Assembly: GCA_958296135.2 (NCBI GenBank)
Contig: CATQHZ020000001.1
Location: 480,001-544,000, forward strand
DNA: 64,000 bases
Source of the DNA: an uncultured Poribacteria bacterium
Lineage (GTDB): Bacteria; Poribacteria; WGA-4E; WGA-3G
Direction: 5' to 3'
A program made the position numbers and the translations under genes. Positions 29,444 to 39,622 of the stretch are shown in pieces. How positions within the stretch are numbered: position 1 is the first letter of the stretch; each line of letters starts with the position of its first letter. The notes beneath the pieces were generated by a model, which did no database searches, was not told the origin of the DNA, and saw nothing but the letters and a program-made list of their open reading frames with translations.

Positions 29444-32245
29444 ATGCACACTTTCAACACAATTCTTGACACTCTCCGCCGCCCGTTTCCGCAAGAAATG
29501 CGCAAGGGTTGCCGCGACGATGTTGTCGTTAACGGCTTGGGCCAATATGTCCAACTGTGGGTGAGGAAAGCGGATGCCTTGCCGCTCATGTCTGACGAAA
29601 AGCAGGTGATGGACAGCCTCGCTGGCCTTTTTGAAGACTACGCACGCTTATCGCCCGCCGAACGGGAGGCCGCCATTCAGGATGCAACGCAGCGGATTGA
29701 CGCGGCGCTGTCAACGAAGAATCGCGCGCAGGCACTCCCGCCGCCCATCGCGAAGAATCCGAAGGCTGCATCGGCGGAGAATTTACCGTTGTTTCGCGCG
29801 GCGAGCCGACAAACGCAAAGGACGGCGAGGGACAGGCACGCGCCCTACGGGGATGAGGGAGATGAGGGAGATATGGGCATGGTAATGGAGAGTGCCGCGC
29901 CCTACGGGGATGAGGGAGATGAGGGAGATATGGGCATGGTAATGGAGCGTGCCACGCCCTACGGGACAGAAACGCAGGAGGTGTCCGTTCCGATTTCAGA
30001 TGTCCCCGTTTCAATGGATGTGGACGCACTTGCGGTGTTCGCAAATTCGTTGCAGTATCTCAAAGGCATCGGCCCGCGACGCGCGGCGATGTTGCTGGCA
30101 GAATTAGACATCCGCACCATCGGTGACTTGCTGGCATACTACCCGCGCGATTACATCGACCGGTCGAAAACGGTAGATATTTACAATGTCGGCAGAACAC
30201 TGGATGGCGAACCGGAAACGATTCAGGGGAAAGTTGTCAACCATACCGCGGGCTTGCCGGCGGCGAAAGGCAAAACGCGCGTCGGCAAAGTCTCGATTTA
30301 CGATGGGACAGGTGTTGCGGTGCTGGTGAATTTCGGGCGGCGCATCGGCTATATCAAATCCATTCTGCCGATTGACACCGAAGTGGTGGTGAGTGGCAAG
30401 TTCTCGCGCCGTTACAACGAAATCCAAGCTACCGATTATGAATTTGAGGTGTTTGACGCGGATAGCGAAACGCTTATTCACACGAAGCGCATCGTGCCGA
30501 AATACGCGCTCACGGCGAAACTGACAGCGAAAATGGTGCGCACATGGATGCGAACCGCGCTGGATGCATACGGCGACGCAATCCCCGAAATTTTGCCGTT
30601 ACCTATCCGTCAACGCCAGCAGCTCGTCGATAGACGGACTGCGGTGAACGAGATTCATTTTCCTACCTCGGAGGCGCACCGGCTCGCGGCGCAGAAACGG
30701 TTGGCGTTTGACGAATTTTTCTTGCTGAGCCTTGGAATGGAATTGAAGAAGGACCAGAAGACTTCACAGAAGGGCATTCCGTTTCGGATGGATACGTCAT
30801 TTGACGCGCGGCGAGTTCGCGGGGGACAGGCCCCCGCGCTACGGGGCCAAGCGGCGGCATTTGACGCGCGGCGAGTTCGCGGGGGACAGGCCCCCGCGCT
30901 ACGGGGAGGAAGCCCTGACATCCTACAGCAATTCGTTGACTCGCTGCCGTTTGAACTGACCGGGGCGCAACAGCGCGTCTTCAACGAAATCCGATCGGAT
31001 ATGCAGTCCCCGAAGGTGATGAATCGCCTCATCCAAGGCGATGTTGGTTCGGGGAAGACGGTGGTGGCAGCAATGGCATTGCTCGGCGCGATTCAGAACG
31101 GGTATCAAGGCGCGCTGATGGTGCCGACAGAAATCCTCGCCGAGCAACACTACAATAACTTATCAGATTTGTTGACACCGCTCGGGCTCAACGTCGTGCT
31201 GCTGAAAAGCGATTTGCCGAGAGCGACGCGCGAGGCGGCTCTCGCGGCGATTACCGAGGGGACAGCACACCTCATCGTTGGGACGCAGGCATTAATACAA
31301 GAAGGCGTGGATTTCCACAAACTGGGCATCGCCATCATCGATGAACAGCATCGGTTCGGCGTGATGCAACGCGCGACGCTCCGGCATAAGGGCCAAACGC
31401 CCGATGTCCTCGTCATGACAGCGACACCGATTCCGAGGACGCTCTCGCTGACGATTTATGGGGATTTAAACGTTTCTGTCATCGATGAACTGCCGCCCGG
31501 CAGGCAGAAGATTGAGACGACGTGGGTGAAAGAGAATGAGCGGCAGAAACTCTACGCGAAGCTTGAACGGGAAGTGCGCAAGGGAAAGCAGGCATACATT
31601 GTCTATCCGCTTGTCGAGGAATCCGAGAAACTGGCGGAACTGAAAGCGGCGACGAGCATGGCGGCGCACTTCCAAAACGACATCTTTCCACACTTGCGGG
31701 TGGGATTGCTACACGGGCAAATGAAAGCGGCGGAAAAACAGGAGACGATGGCGCAATTCAAGGCACGTCACATCGATATCCTCGTCGCAACGACGGTTAT
31801 TGAGGTGGGGATTGACGTTCCGAATGCGACATTGATGGTGATTGAACACGCGGAACGGTTCGGTTTGGCGCAGTTGCATCAGTTGCGCGGGCGCGTCGGT
31901 AGAGGACGCGATAAATCAGAGTGCTACCTCGTCGCCACGCCGAAGACAGACGATGCCTATCGCCGCGTGCAGGTGATGGTGCGCACAAACAACGGGTTTG
32001 ACATCGCGGAAGAAGACCTGGGTATCCGGGGGCCCGGCGAATTCTTCGGCACGAAGCAATCCGGTATCCCTAACTTTAAGATTGCCAATATTCTCAGCGA
32101 TGTGTCGCTTTTGGAAGCGGCGAAGAAGGAGGCGGCGCGCGTGGTGAAGGCGGATGCGAAACTGAAAGCATCGGAACATCAGCTACTGAAACAACTGTTG
32201 CAAACGTCGATGCGAAGTGTCATGGAGATGGCATCGATTGGATAA
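29444..32245 (+). CDS. recG: ATP-dependent DNA helicase RecG with two in-frame repeat insertions
   Basis: QGDVGSGKT, DEQHRFG, MTATPIPR, QLRGRVGR, DLGIRGPGE. Confidence 0.96.
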   Translation: MHTFNTILDTLRRPFPQEMRKGCRDDVVVNGLGQYVQLWVRKADALPLMSDEKQVMDSLAGLFEDYARLSPAEREAAIQDATQRIDAALSTKNRAQALPPPIAKNPKAASAENLPLFRAASRQTQRTARDRHAPYGDEGDEGDMGMVMESAAPYGDEGDEGDMGMVMERATPYGTETQEVSVPISDVPVSMDVDALAVFANSLQYLKGIGPRRAAMLLAELDIRTIGDLLAYYPRDYIDRSKTVDIYNVGRTLDGEPETIQGKVVNHTAGLPAAKGKTRVGKVSIYDGTGVAVLVNFGRRIGYIKSILPIDTEVVVSGKFSRRYNEIQATDYEFEVFDADSETLIHTKRIVPKYALTAKLTAKMVRTWMRTALDAYGDAIPEILPLPIRQRQQLVDRRTAVNEIHFPTSEAHRLAAQKRLAFDEFFLLSLGMELKKDQKTSQKGIPFRMDTSFDARRVRGGQAPALRGQAAAFDARRVRGGQAPALRGGSPDILQQFVDSLPFELTGAQQRVFNEIRSDMQSPKVMNRLIQGDVGSGKTVVAAMALLGAIQNGYQGALMVPTEILAEQHYNNLSDLLTPLGLNVVLLKSDLPRATREAALAAITEGTAHLIVGTQALIQEGVDFHKLGIAIIDEQHRFGVMQRATLRHKGQTPDVLVMTATPIPRTLSLTIYGDLNVSVIDELPPGRQKIETTWVKENERQKLYAKLEREVRKGKQAYIVYPLVEESEKLAELKAATSMAAHFQNDIFPHLRVGLLHGQMKAAEKQETMAQFKARHIDILVATTVIEVGIDVPNATLMVIEHAERFGLAQLHQLRGRVGRGRDKSECYLVATPKTDDAYRRVQVMVRTNNGFDIAEEDLGIRGPGEFFGTKQSGIPNFKIANILSDVSLLEAAKKEAARVVKADAKLKASEHQLLKQLLQTSMRSVMEMASIG
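29821..29965 (+). repeat. In-frame 57-bp tandem repeat built on REP ends, inside recG
   Basis: cgccctacggggatgagggagatgagggagatatgggcatggtaatggag twice, preceded by ggcgagggacaggc. Confidence 0.9.
30798..30906 (+). repeat. In-frame 60-bp tandem REP insertion inside recG
   Basis: catttgacgcgcggcgagttcgcgggggacaggcccccgcgctacgggg twice, encoding FDARRVRGGQAPALRG. Confidence 0.93.
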
Positions 32246-33532
32246 GGCGCGGGTTCCCCTCGTGATCTCCCGACCGGTACGAAAACCACCACTTATTACG
32301 TAGCGCGAGGGCCGTTACGCCGAAACTTTGTCATCTCTGCAGTCCCGCTGCAGAGATGTCCACTGTCCCTCGCGATCTCCCGACCTGAACGAAAAACGCC
32401 CGCAACCCAGCGGCCGCGAACGTTTTTTGATGCGATCGAGCCTGGCGAGGCACAGGCCCTCGCCCTACGGTGAAAAGGCGCGGGGGCCCGGCGATCACGA
32501 ATCGCCGAGGGTTCCCCTCGCGATCTCCCGACCTGAACGAAAAACGCCCGCAACCCAGCGGCCGCGAACGCTTTCTGGTGCGACCGATGCACGGCGAGGG
32601 ACAGGCCCTCGCCCTACGGTGAAAAGGCGCGGGGGCCCGGCGATCACGAATCGGCGCGGGTTCCCCCCGCGATCTTTCAACGACACGAAAACCGGCCCTT
32701 TTACCGTAGCGCGAGGGCCGTTACGCCGAAACGTTGTCATCTCTGCCGCCTCGCTGCAGAGATGTCCACTGTCCCTCGCGATCTCCCGACCTGAACGAAA
32801 AACGCCCGCAGCCCCGAGGCCGCGAACGCTTTCTGATGCGATCGGTGCATGGCGAGGGACAGGCCCTCGCCCTACGGTGAAAAGGCGCGGGGGCCCGGCG
32901 ATCACGAATCGCCGAGGGTTCCCCTCGCGATCTTTCAACGACACGAAAACCGGCCCTTTTACCGTAGCGCGAGGGCCGTTACGCCGAAACGTTGTCATCT
33001 CTGCCGCCTCGCTGCAGAGATGTCCACTGTCCCTCGCGATCTCCCGACCTGAACGAAAAACGCCCGCAGCCCCGAGGCCGCGAACGCTTTCTGATGCGAT
33101 CGATGCATGGCGAGGCACAGGACCTCGCCCTACGGTGAAAAGGCGCGAGTGCCCGGCGATCGCGAATCGCCGAGGGTTCCCCTCGCGATCTCTCAACGAC
33201 ACGAAAAACGCCCGCAACCCAGCGGCCGCGAACGCTTTCTGATGTGATCGCTGCACGGCGAGGGCCTGTCCCCCGCGATCGCCTCTCACTACCGTAGCGC
33301 GAGGGCCTGTCCCTCGCGATCTCTCGACCTACGCGAAAACCGTCCGCAGCTCAGAGGCCCCGGACGGTTTTTCTTTAGACCGATGCCTGGCGAGGCACAG
33401 GACCTCGCCCTACGGGCTGCGGGGCCGCTTTGCTTCCGCTCATCGACACGAAAAACGCCCGCAACCCAGCGGCCGCGGACGCTTTCTGATGCGATCGATG
33501 CCTGGCGAGGCACAGGACCTCGCCCTACGGTA
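32246..33532. repeat. 1.3-kb BIME-like mosaic of REP elements with a 258-bp tandem unit
   Basis: gtagcgcgagggccgttacgccgaa at 32706 and 32964; many ggcgagg(g/c)acagg(c/a)cctcgccctacgg copies in both orientations. Confidence 0.93.
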
Positions 33533-33546
33533 ACAGTGGCGTTTTC

Positions 33547-36093
33547 CTACTTCCGTATCACCATCTTTCGCGTCGCCGAGAAATCACCCGCGGACAGCGT
33601 GTAGAAATACACGCCACTCGCAACCGGCTCTCCCTGCGCATTGCGGCCATCCCAATACGCCGCACGGGCCTGCGTCTGATACACACCCGCAGGCATCTGA
33701 CCTAACGCCAGCGTGCGGACTAACTTCCCATCTGCCGCGTAGATGGAAAGCGTCACTTCAGCAGCCTTTGCCAACTGATACGGTATCCACGTTTCCGGGT
33801 TGAACGGATTCGGATAGTTGGCAAGCAGCGCGGTTTGTTTCGGCGTTAGACTTGCGAGGAGCTGCTGCAGCACGGCGATGCCGCGTTGATACGCGGGGTT
33901 TGCGAGATCTAGCCGTCGCGCCTGCGCGAGCCACTGTTGCACATCCGCCGCCCGTAGGAGAGACCTCCCGGTCTCGATTTCCCCTTGTAGGAGAGCCCTC
34001 CCGGTCTCGATGCTCCCGGTCCTGATATGCCACCGCGCGAACCCCGGCGCACCCGCTGCCTCCCCAAACGCCGCTGCCACCAACACCAGATCCTGAATGT
34101 TGACAACGCCATCGCCGTTGACATCGGCCGGATTGTCTGCACTTGTCTGCCCGAACTGCGCGGCGACAAGCGTTAAGTCCAGAATGTCCACCACGCCATC
34201 GCCGTTGATATCTTCGGCGACTTGCACCGGTGTGGGTGCAGACGGTGCAATGTCCCAGAGGAGGATGGTGGCATCGTAACTGCCACTTGCGAGCGTGTTT
34301 CCATCCGGGCTGAACGCAACGCTCTCGACATTGCCCGTATGGCCGGTGAGGGTTTGGCGTGTGTCGCCGGTGACCACATCCCACACACGGATTTCTTCCC
34401 AACTCGCACTTGCGAGTGTGTTTCCATCGGGGCTGAACGCAACGCTATTGACAAAGCCCGTATGGCCGGTGAGAGTTTGGCGTGTGTCGCCGGTGGTGAC
34501 ATCCCACACACGGATGGTGTTGTCCCTACTGCCACTTGCGAGTGTGTTTCCATCGGGGCTGAACGCAACGCTATAGACACCGCGCGTATGGCCGGTGAGA
34601 GTTTGGCGTGTGTCGCCGGTGGTGACATCCCACAGACGGAGGGTGTTGTCCCCACTGCCAGTGGCGAGTGTGTTTCCGTCGGGGCTGAACGCAACGCTAT
34701 CGACACGCCACGTATGGCCGGTGAGTGTGTTTAGTGTGTCGCCGGTGGCCACATCCCACAGACGGACGGTGTTGTCATGACTCGCACTTGCGAGTGTGTT
34801 TCCATCGGGGCTGAACGCAACGCTATCGACAGTACCGGTATGGCCGGTGAGAGTTTGGCGTGTGTCGCCGGTGGCGACATCCCACAGCCGGCCGGTGTTG
34901 TCCCAGCTCCCACTTGCGAGTGTGTTTCCATCGGGGCTGAACGCAACGCTATCGACAGTACCGGTATGGCCGGTGAGAGTTTGGCGTGTGTCGCCGGTGG
35001 CGACATCCCACAGACGGATGGTGCTGTCATAACTCCCACTTGCGAGTGTGTTTCCATCAGGGCTGAACGCAATGCTAGAGACAGAGTCCGTATGGCCGGT
35101 GAGTGTGTTTAGTGTGTCGCCGGTGGTGACATCCCACAGCCGGACGGTGTCGTCCCAACTGCCACTTGCGAGTGTGTTTCCATCAGGGCTGAACGCAATG
35201 CTAGAGACCCAGCCCGTATGGCCGGTGAGTGTGTTTAGTGTGTCGCCGGTGGTGACATCCCACAGCCGGACGGTGTTGTCCCAGCTCCCACTTGCGAGTG
35301 TGTTTCCATCTGGGCTGAACGCAACGCTCCTGACACGCCACGTATGGCCGGTGAGTGTGTTTAGTGTGTCGCCGGTGGCGACATCCCACAGCCGGACGGT
35401 GCCGTCCGAACTGCCACTTGCGAGTGTGTTTCCATCTGGGCTGAACGCAACGCTATAGACCCAGTCGGTATGGCCGGTGAGTGTGTTTAGTGTGTCGCCG
35501 GTGGCGACATCCCACAGCCGGACGGTGGTGTCCCTACTCGCACTTGCGAGCGTGTTTCCATCGGGGCTGAACGCAACGCTAGAGACCCAGTGCGTATGTC
35601 CGGTGAGTGTGTTTAGTGTGTCGCCGGTGGCGACATCCCATAGGCGGAGGGTTTTGTCCTCACTGCCAGTGGCGAGTGTGTTTCCATCCGGGCTGAACGC
35701 AACGCTATAGACATCGCGGGTATGTCCGGTGAGTGTGTTTAGTGTGTCGCCGGTGACGACATCCCACAGCCGGACGGTGTTGTCCCAACTCCCACTTGCG
35801 AGCGTGTTTCCATCGGGACTGAACGCAACGCTATAGACACTGTCCGTATGCCCGGTGAGCAGTGCTACTTCTTGGTAAGTTGCGGTATCGTAGAGCCAAA
35901 TCCCGATGTCACTCGCAACGGCTAGCAGGGTGCCATCCGGAGAATACGCAATCTCGTTGATGCGGCCTTTGCCGAGGCGCATTGTGGCCCCTTCGGGTAA
36001 TTCCAACCGCTGGTAATCTTGGGCGGTGGCGGGTGTCAGTGCCATCGTGGCGGTTAATAGCAGGGTTAAGGTTAAAAGCGTTAATGTTTTCAT
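33547..36093 (-). CDS. Secreted WD40-repeat protein (about 14 blades) with dockerin-like and FlgD-Ig-like C-terminal domains
   Basis: Signal peptide; 13 GHTxxVxSVAFSPDG repeats at about 126-bp period; DINGDGVVDILD; NYPNPFNPETWIPYQL. Confidence 0.93.
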   Translation of the reverse strand: MKTLTLLTLTLLLTATMALTPATAQDYQRLELPEGATMRLGKGRINEIAYSPDGTLLAVASDIGIWLYDTATYQEVALLTGHTDSVYSVAFSPDGNTLASGSWDNTVRLWDVVTGDTLNTLTGHTRDVYSVAFSPDGNTLATGSEDKTLRLWDVATGDTLNTLTGHTHWVSSVAFSPDGNTLASASRDTTVRLWDVATGDTLNTLTGHTDWVYSVAFSPDGNTLASGSSDGTVRLWDVATGDTLNTLTGHTWRVRSVAFSPDGNTLASGSWDNTVRLWDVTTGDTLNTLTGHTGWVSSIAFSPDGNTLASGSWDDTVRLWDVTTGDTLNTLTGHTDSVSSIAFSPDGNTLASGSYDSTIRLWDVATGDTRQTLTGHTGTVDSVAFSPDGNTLASGSWDNTGRLWDVATGDTRQTLTGHTGTVDSVAFSPDGNTLASASHDNTVRLWDVATGDTLNTLTGHTWRVDSVAFSPDGNTLATGSGDNTLRLWDVTTGDTRQTLTGHTRGVYSVAFSPDGNTLASGSRDNTIRVWDVTTGDTRQTLTGHTGFVNSVAFSPDGNTLASASWEEIRVWDVVTGDTRQTLTGHTGNVESVAFSPDGNTLASGSYDATILLWDIAPSAPTPVQVAEDINGDGVVDILDLTLVAAQFGQTSADNPADVNGDGVVNIQDLVLVAAAFGEAAGAPGFARWHIRTGSIETGRALLQGEIETGRSLLRAADVQQWLAQARRLDLANPAYQRGIAVLQQLLASLTPKQTALLANYPNPFNPETWIPYQLAKAAEVTLSIYAADGKLVRTLALGQMPAGVYQTQARAAYWDGRNAQGEPVASGVYFYTLSAGDFSATRKMVIRK

Positions 36094-36110
36094 CGGATTT
36101 CTCCTTTTGG

Positions 36111-36341
36111 GTATCGGGACCGGGATGTCCCTCCTACTGTCGAGACCAGAGGTCTCTCCTACTGAAGATGTCGGGACAAGGATGTCCCTCCTACTGTTCG
36201 AGACCAGAGGTCTCTCCTACTGAAGATGTCGGGACCAGATGTCCCTCCTACTGTCGAGACCAGAGGTCTCTCCTACTGAAGATGTCGGGACAAGGATGTC
36301 CCTCCTACTGAAGTATCGGGACCCGGTGGTCGCGCCTACTG
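36111..36341. repeat. Tandem array of family C GTAG palindromes (about 58-bp unit)
   Basis: Alternating cgggacaaggatgtccctcctactg and tcgagaccagaggtctctcctactg. Confidence 0.92.
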
Positions 36342-36414
36342 AGTTGTGGGCGGGCTGGTGTGCCCGCCCGTGTGTTCGGTTGTCTGAATTCAGACAGTTC
36401 CGAAGGCGGATTGC

Positions 36415-37887
36415 CTACGATGAGACATACCGGACGATATCCGCCAACGTTAGTTCGTTGGGTCCTTGGGTGACGTTGCTATCTGGTTGCCAGTTGTCCT
36501 CTCTCAAGAACGTGTCGTGGTGGACGAGCATCGCGCCAAAGACCTCCATGAGGATAGCGGAGCCGACGGGCCCTAGGCGATCGCCGCCGCCTCGGATCCC
36601 TGCCTCCCGCATGAGGTAAAGGAAGAGCGGCGTGTGATTTTCAAGTCCGTTAAGGGCGGCTCCCGCCAGAATCTCACCGAACCGGAGGTCCTGATTGGGA
36701 TCAATCGGGTATCCTCGGTCTGCTAGTGCTCTCGCGACACGCTGTCCGCTTGGCAATCCCAGGACATATCCTCGGAGGAGGTTCCGGAACGCCAATGCCC
36801 GGTCGTTCTGTGGCGCATTCTGCCCAACAACCGGATCCGGCAGGCGAATCAATTTATCCGCCAGCAGATGGTCAATGGCTTTGGAGTTCACGTAGGGCTG
36901 ATGGGGGTTTACATCCAAAAGGAACCGCCAATCAACGGTAAGTTCTGGTGGTACCTGGCTGAGCCCAACGGTGCCGAATCGTTCGTCAAAAATCTCGATC
37001 GACGGATAGTTCTCGTTGACAGGATACTGCGAGCGCACCATGGAATGCCCGAAGCGGTAGGCCGCGACAGAGAATTCAATGGGCATGACAATCCGGCCAG
37101 ATGCATCGGGTTGCAGTAAGAAGAATGCAGTATCCCCGGCCAGAATCCTTTCTAAGCCGAGGTTGTAAACCTCTGCATTACAGATGCGCTCCAAGAAGTC
37201 GTGAAGCACGATGTACTGGTAGTGGTACCGCACATCCCTTTGCACGTCCTCAAAGCGAAGCGGAAGATGCTGCTGATTCGCGTCCTCAACGCCGCTGTTA
37301 TCATGTTGAATGAGCAGATCAATGATGCGGCGATTATGAAAGCGTAAAAACAATAGGTGCATCTGCGAGAGAAAGATGTTTTCGTCGTTGCGCGGGTCGC
37401 CGATCAAAGCGGTGTTATTCGCGTGGCGTGGCACATCGTCGGTATTCACGGTGTTTCCAACGACGAACCGTCCGGATCCGTCTGGTTCATATAGTAGCGA
37501 TGACACGCCGGGGCCGAATCCATAGACAGAATCCAGATCGAGGGATGCCGAACGGAAATTCGGTAACCTTTCGATTTCGTGTATGGGCAGCGGCCGACTA
37601 TCTAGTTCGCTTATACCTTCAAGCGTGATGTCGTGGTCGACGAACTGCGCGAAGAACGTATAGGCAGCAGGAATAGAACTGTTACGGGAACTGTTGTCGG
37701 CATCGTGCATCACGCCATTCTGGGCACCGAGCGCGGCCGCTATCTCCCTAGCCCTACCCCGATTTGGAATCTCAGCGTCGTCCGCCCATGTCATTGGGAT
37801 GTTCAGCAATCTGCCGAAATTCCCTAGGCGGAGATGGTTACAGCCAATTGCTCTAGCTGTGCCATGCATAGGTCTTCCTCCATTCAT
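36415..37887 (-). CDS. Animal-type heme peroxidase (peroxidase-cyclooxygenase superfamily)
   Basis: FAQFVDHDI, LDLDSVYG, GDPRNDEN, AAYRFGHSMVR. Confidence 0.9.
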   Translation of the reverse strand: MNGGRPMHGTARAIGCNHLRLGNFGRLLNIPMTWADDAEIPNRGRAREIAAALGAQNGVMHDADNSSRNSSIPAAYTFFAQFVDHDITLEGISELDSRPLPIHEIERLPNFRSASLDLDSVYGFGPGVSSLLYEPDGSGRFVVGNTVNTDDVPRHANNTALIGDPRNDENIFLSQMHLLFLRFHNRRIIDLLIQHDNSGVEDANQQHLPLRFEDVQRDVRYHYQYIVLHDFLERICNAEVYNLGLERILAGDTAFFLLQPDASGRIVMPIEFSVAAYRFGHSMVRSQYPVNENYPSIEIFDERFGTVGLSQVPPELTVDWRFLLDVNPHQPYVNSKAIDHLLADKLIRLPDPVVGQNAPQNDRALAFRNLLRGYVLGLPSGQRVARALADRGYPIDPNQDLRFGEILAGAALNGLENHTPLFLYLMREAGIRGGGDRLGPVGSAILMEVFGAMLVHHDTFLREDNWQPDSNVTQGPNELTLADIVRYVSS

Positions 37888-38145
37888 TGTTTTTCCTTCC
37901 TTTAGTTAATAGCAATAGTTGTATCGCTGCGTTATGAAACATGCGAAAGGACGTGACATCGTTTCGCGGCTGTTCGTTCGGGCTCGGCAGGGACTCAGCG
38001 TATCTGAGTTTGCGCGAGCCCGCACGAAGGACAATCATTCGGTATCCGGTAGAGACGGCGCGCTGCCGCGCTCAGTGTCTTTCGGAAGAGACGGGCCCTC
38101 GGGACAAAGTGGTGCTAGCAAGCGCAGTGCCACTTTGCCCCGGAC

Positions 38146-38484
38146 CTATTTGAAATGAGCTTCCTTGCTATTCGTCTTCGCGTGAACACGCACCCCCGTA
38201 AGCCAATCGGGGACATCTGTCACGATGTATTTAGCGCTGAGTGTCAACCCCGGCTGTGAATTTTCCTGCGGTGGGTCCGCGACAAAGGCAAAGTCCCAGG
38301 TACCATCGGGTGGTGGCTGCACGTAGATGTAAGGAACGAGTTCCGGATTTGTCCGTCCCGTAGATGTCACTTCGCCTTCTGCGACGATTAAGAGCGCGTC
38401 AACACCCCTATCGGTTTTGATAAACGACAGACAAACATTCTTGACAGCATGGACTTTGGTTCCTCTCCCATTGTTGTTATTCAT
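38146..38484 (-). CDS. Small hypothetical protein, apparently beta-rich
   Basis: AGGAGG RBS, ATG 38484; GEVTSTG..P.L.P..Y..PP.DG..DF.FVA.PP pattern. Confidence 0.7.
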   Translation of the reverse strand: MNNNNGRGTKVHAVKNVCLSFIKTDRGVDALLIVAEGEVTSTGRTNPELVPYIYVQPPPDGTWDFAFVADPPQENSQPGLTLSAKYIVTDVPDWLTGVRVHAKTNSKEAHFK

Positions 38485-38656
38485 CGTCCTTCCTCCTTTT
38501 GAGCGTGAGTGTTCCGCGGTGCCTCTCTGCGGCGGCAGTCGCGGTATCGGGTAAAACACAGTTTCCAATGTGCGGCCGCTGTTGGCTGTCCGGCGGCCGC
38601 GCGTTGGTAGGTTCTATCTGTCCGTAGGCGCGCTTTGCAGGCGCGCCTACCGGGTG

Positions 38657-39397
38657 TTATGATACGGGTGTGGATTCAACATAGTTGACATATTCGTAAG
38701 CGTCATCGCCAAGGGCGCCGGTATTATCAACCGACTCGACAGTGAACTCTTCAGGCCAGGGGTTTAACTGCGCGTCCTCGCCTGCAAGGTGCGCTCTTTG
38801 GCCCGGATGTACTTCCTGCCATTGTGCCCAGAGGCGGTCTACTTGCGCGTGATGGAACCAAAACGCGGGGTCGCGCGGTGAGGCCATCGTATTCATGTGG
38901 CCCCCAATCCACACGTGTCCATCGTTGTGCGGCCCGGTTTCAAGACTTCGCGTGAATTGATAATAGCTCATCTGAGATAGGATCGCTTCAACTTGCGCCT
39001 CGCTAGTGAACCAGGGCATTCTCCCTGGTTCAGGTTGCTCATCTTGGCGGGTCCCGGGATTTCTTGTCCATCTTGAGCCCTCCGGGAAATCATTTGGATC
39101 GGAGAATCCCTCCAACCGACCTCCATCAGCGTTCCAATCCCAGTAAGGAATTGACAAGGAATCATCAATCTCGCGAAGTGCCCGCTCAAAAACGATGAGG
39201 TAGGCACGATGCCACGGCAAGAATCGCTGATAGCCTACCGGGCCCGCCATGCCTCCGTGCATACGATGGCTGCGATTCGTATGAATGTCAACCAACTCTC
39301 TGTATCTTTCGTCTTCCATTAACGTTGAGATAGCGTTGTTCAAGGCACCCCAATTTTCGGGCGTTAATGCCAACGTGCTTTGACGTTGAATTAGCAT
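38657..39397 (-). CDS. Tyrosinase (type-3 copper protein)
   Basis: CuA: DIH...RMH...FLPWHR; IPYWDW; CuB: PHNDGHVWIGG, DPAFWFHHA. Confidence 0.92.
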   Translation of the reverse strand: MLIQRQSTLALTPENWGALNNAISTLMEDERYRELVDIHTNRSHRMHGGMAGPVGYQRFLPWHRAYLIVFERALREIDDSLSIPYWDWNADGGRLEGFSDPNDFPEGSRWTRNPGTRQDEQPEPGRMPWFTSEAQVEAILSQMSYYQFTRSLETGPHNDGHVWIGGHMNTMASPRDPAFWFHHAQVDRLWAQWQEVHPGQRAHLAGEDAQLNPWPEEFTVESVDNTGALGDDAYEYVNYVESTPVS

Positions 39398-39622
39398 TCT
39401 TAAACTCCTTGTGTCGTCCCATCACCGTGACTGTCGCACCGGTGATGGGGTGCAAATTTCCGCGTAACCTTTTCTGAGAGGCATGATGCGGAAGTGGGTT
39501 AAAAGCATAGTTGTCACTGTTACAGTGCCACTCGTTACGTCTATTGATAGCCCAAGTGCGCGATGCCAAAAAGAGGCGGCACCAGCCATCGCGCCGCGAA
39601 AGCGGCCAGAACCAGCCCGAAT

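Noticed and set aside
30798-30906. Intein or intron in recG, smc or rhaI
   Set aside because: The inserts are only about 25-50 codons, lack intein (C...HN) or intron motifs, and match intergenic repeats.
32296-33604. ORFs of 73-304 aa in the REP mosaic (also those at 13886-14361 and 54735-55404)
   Set aside because: They are translations of repeat DNA (TVARGP, RHRPSPYG) with no RBS or domain.
33547-36093. Diversity-generating retroelement target
   Set aside because: No reverse transcriptase or separate template repeat in the window, and variation does not look adenine-restricted.
36111-36341. Short-period array as a CRISPR
   Set aside because: It is two alternating constant palindromes with no unique spacers.
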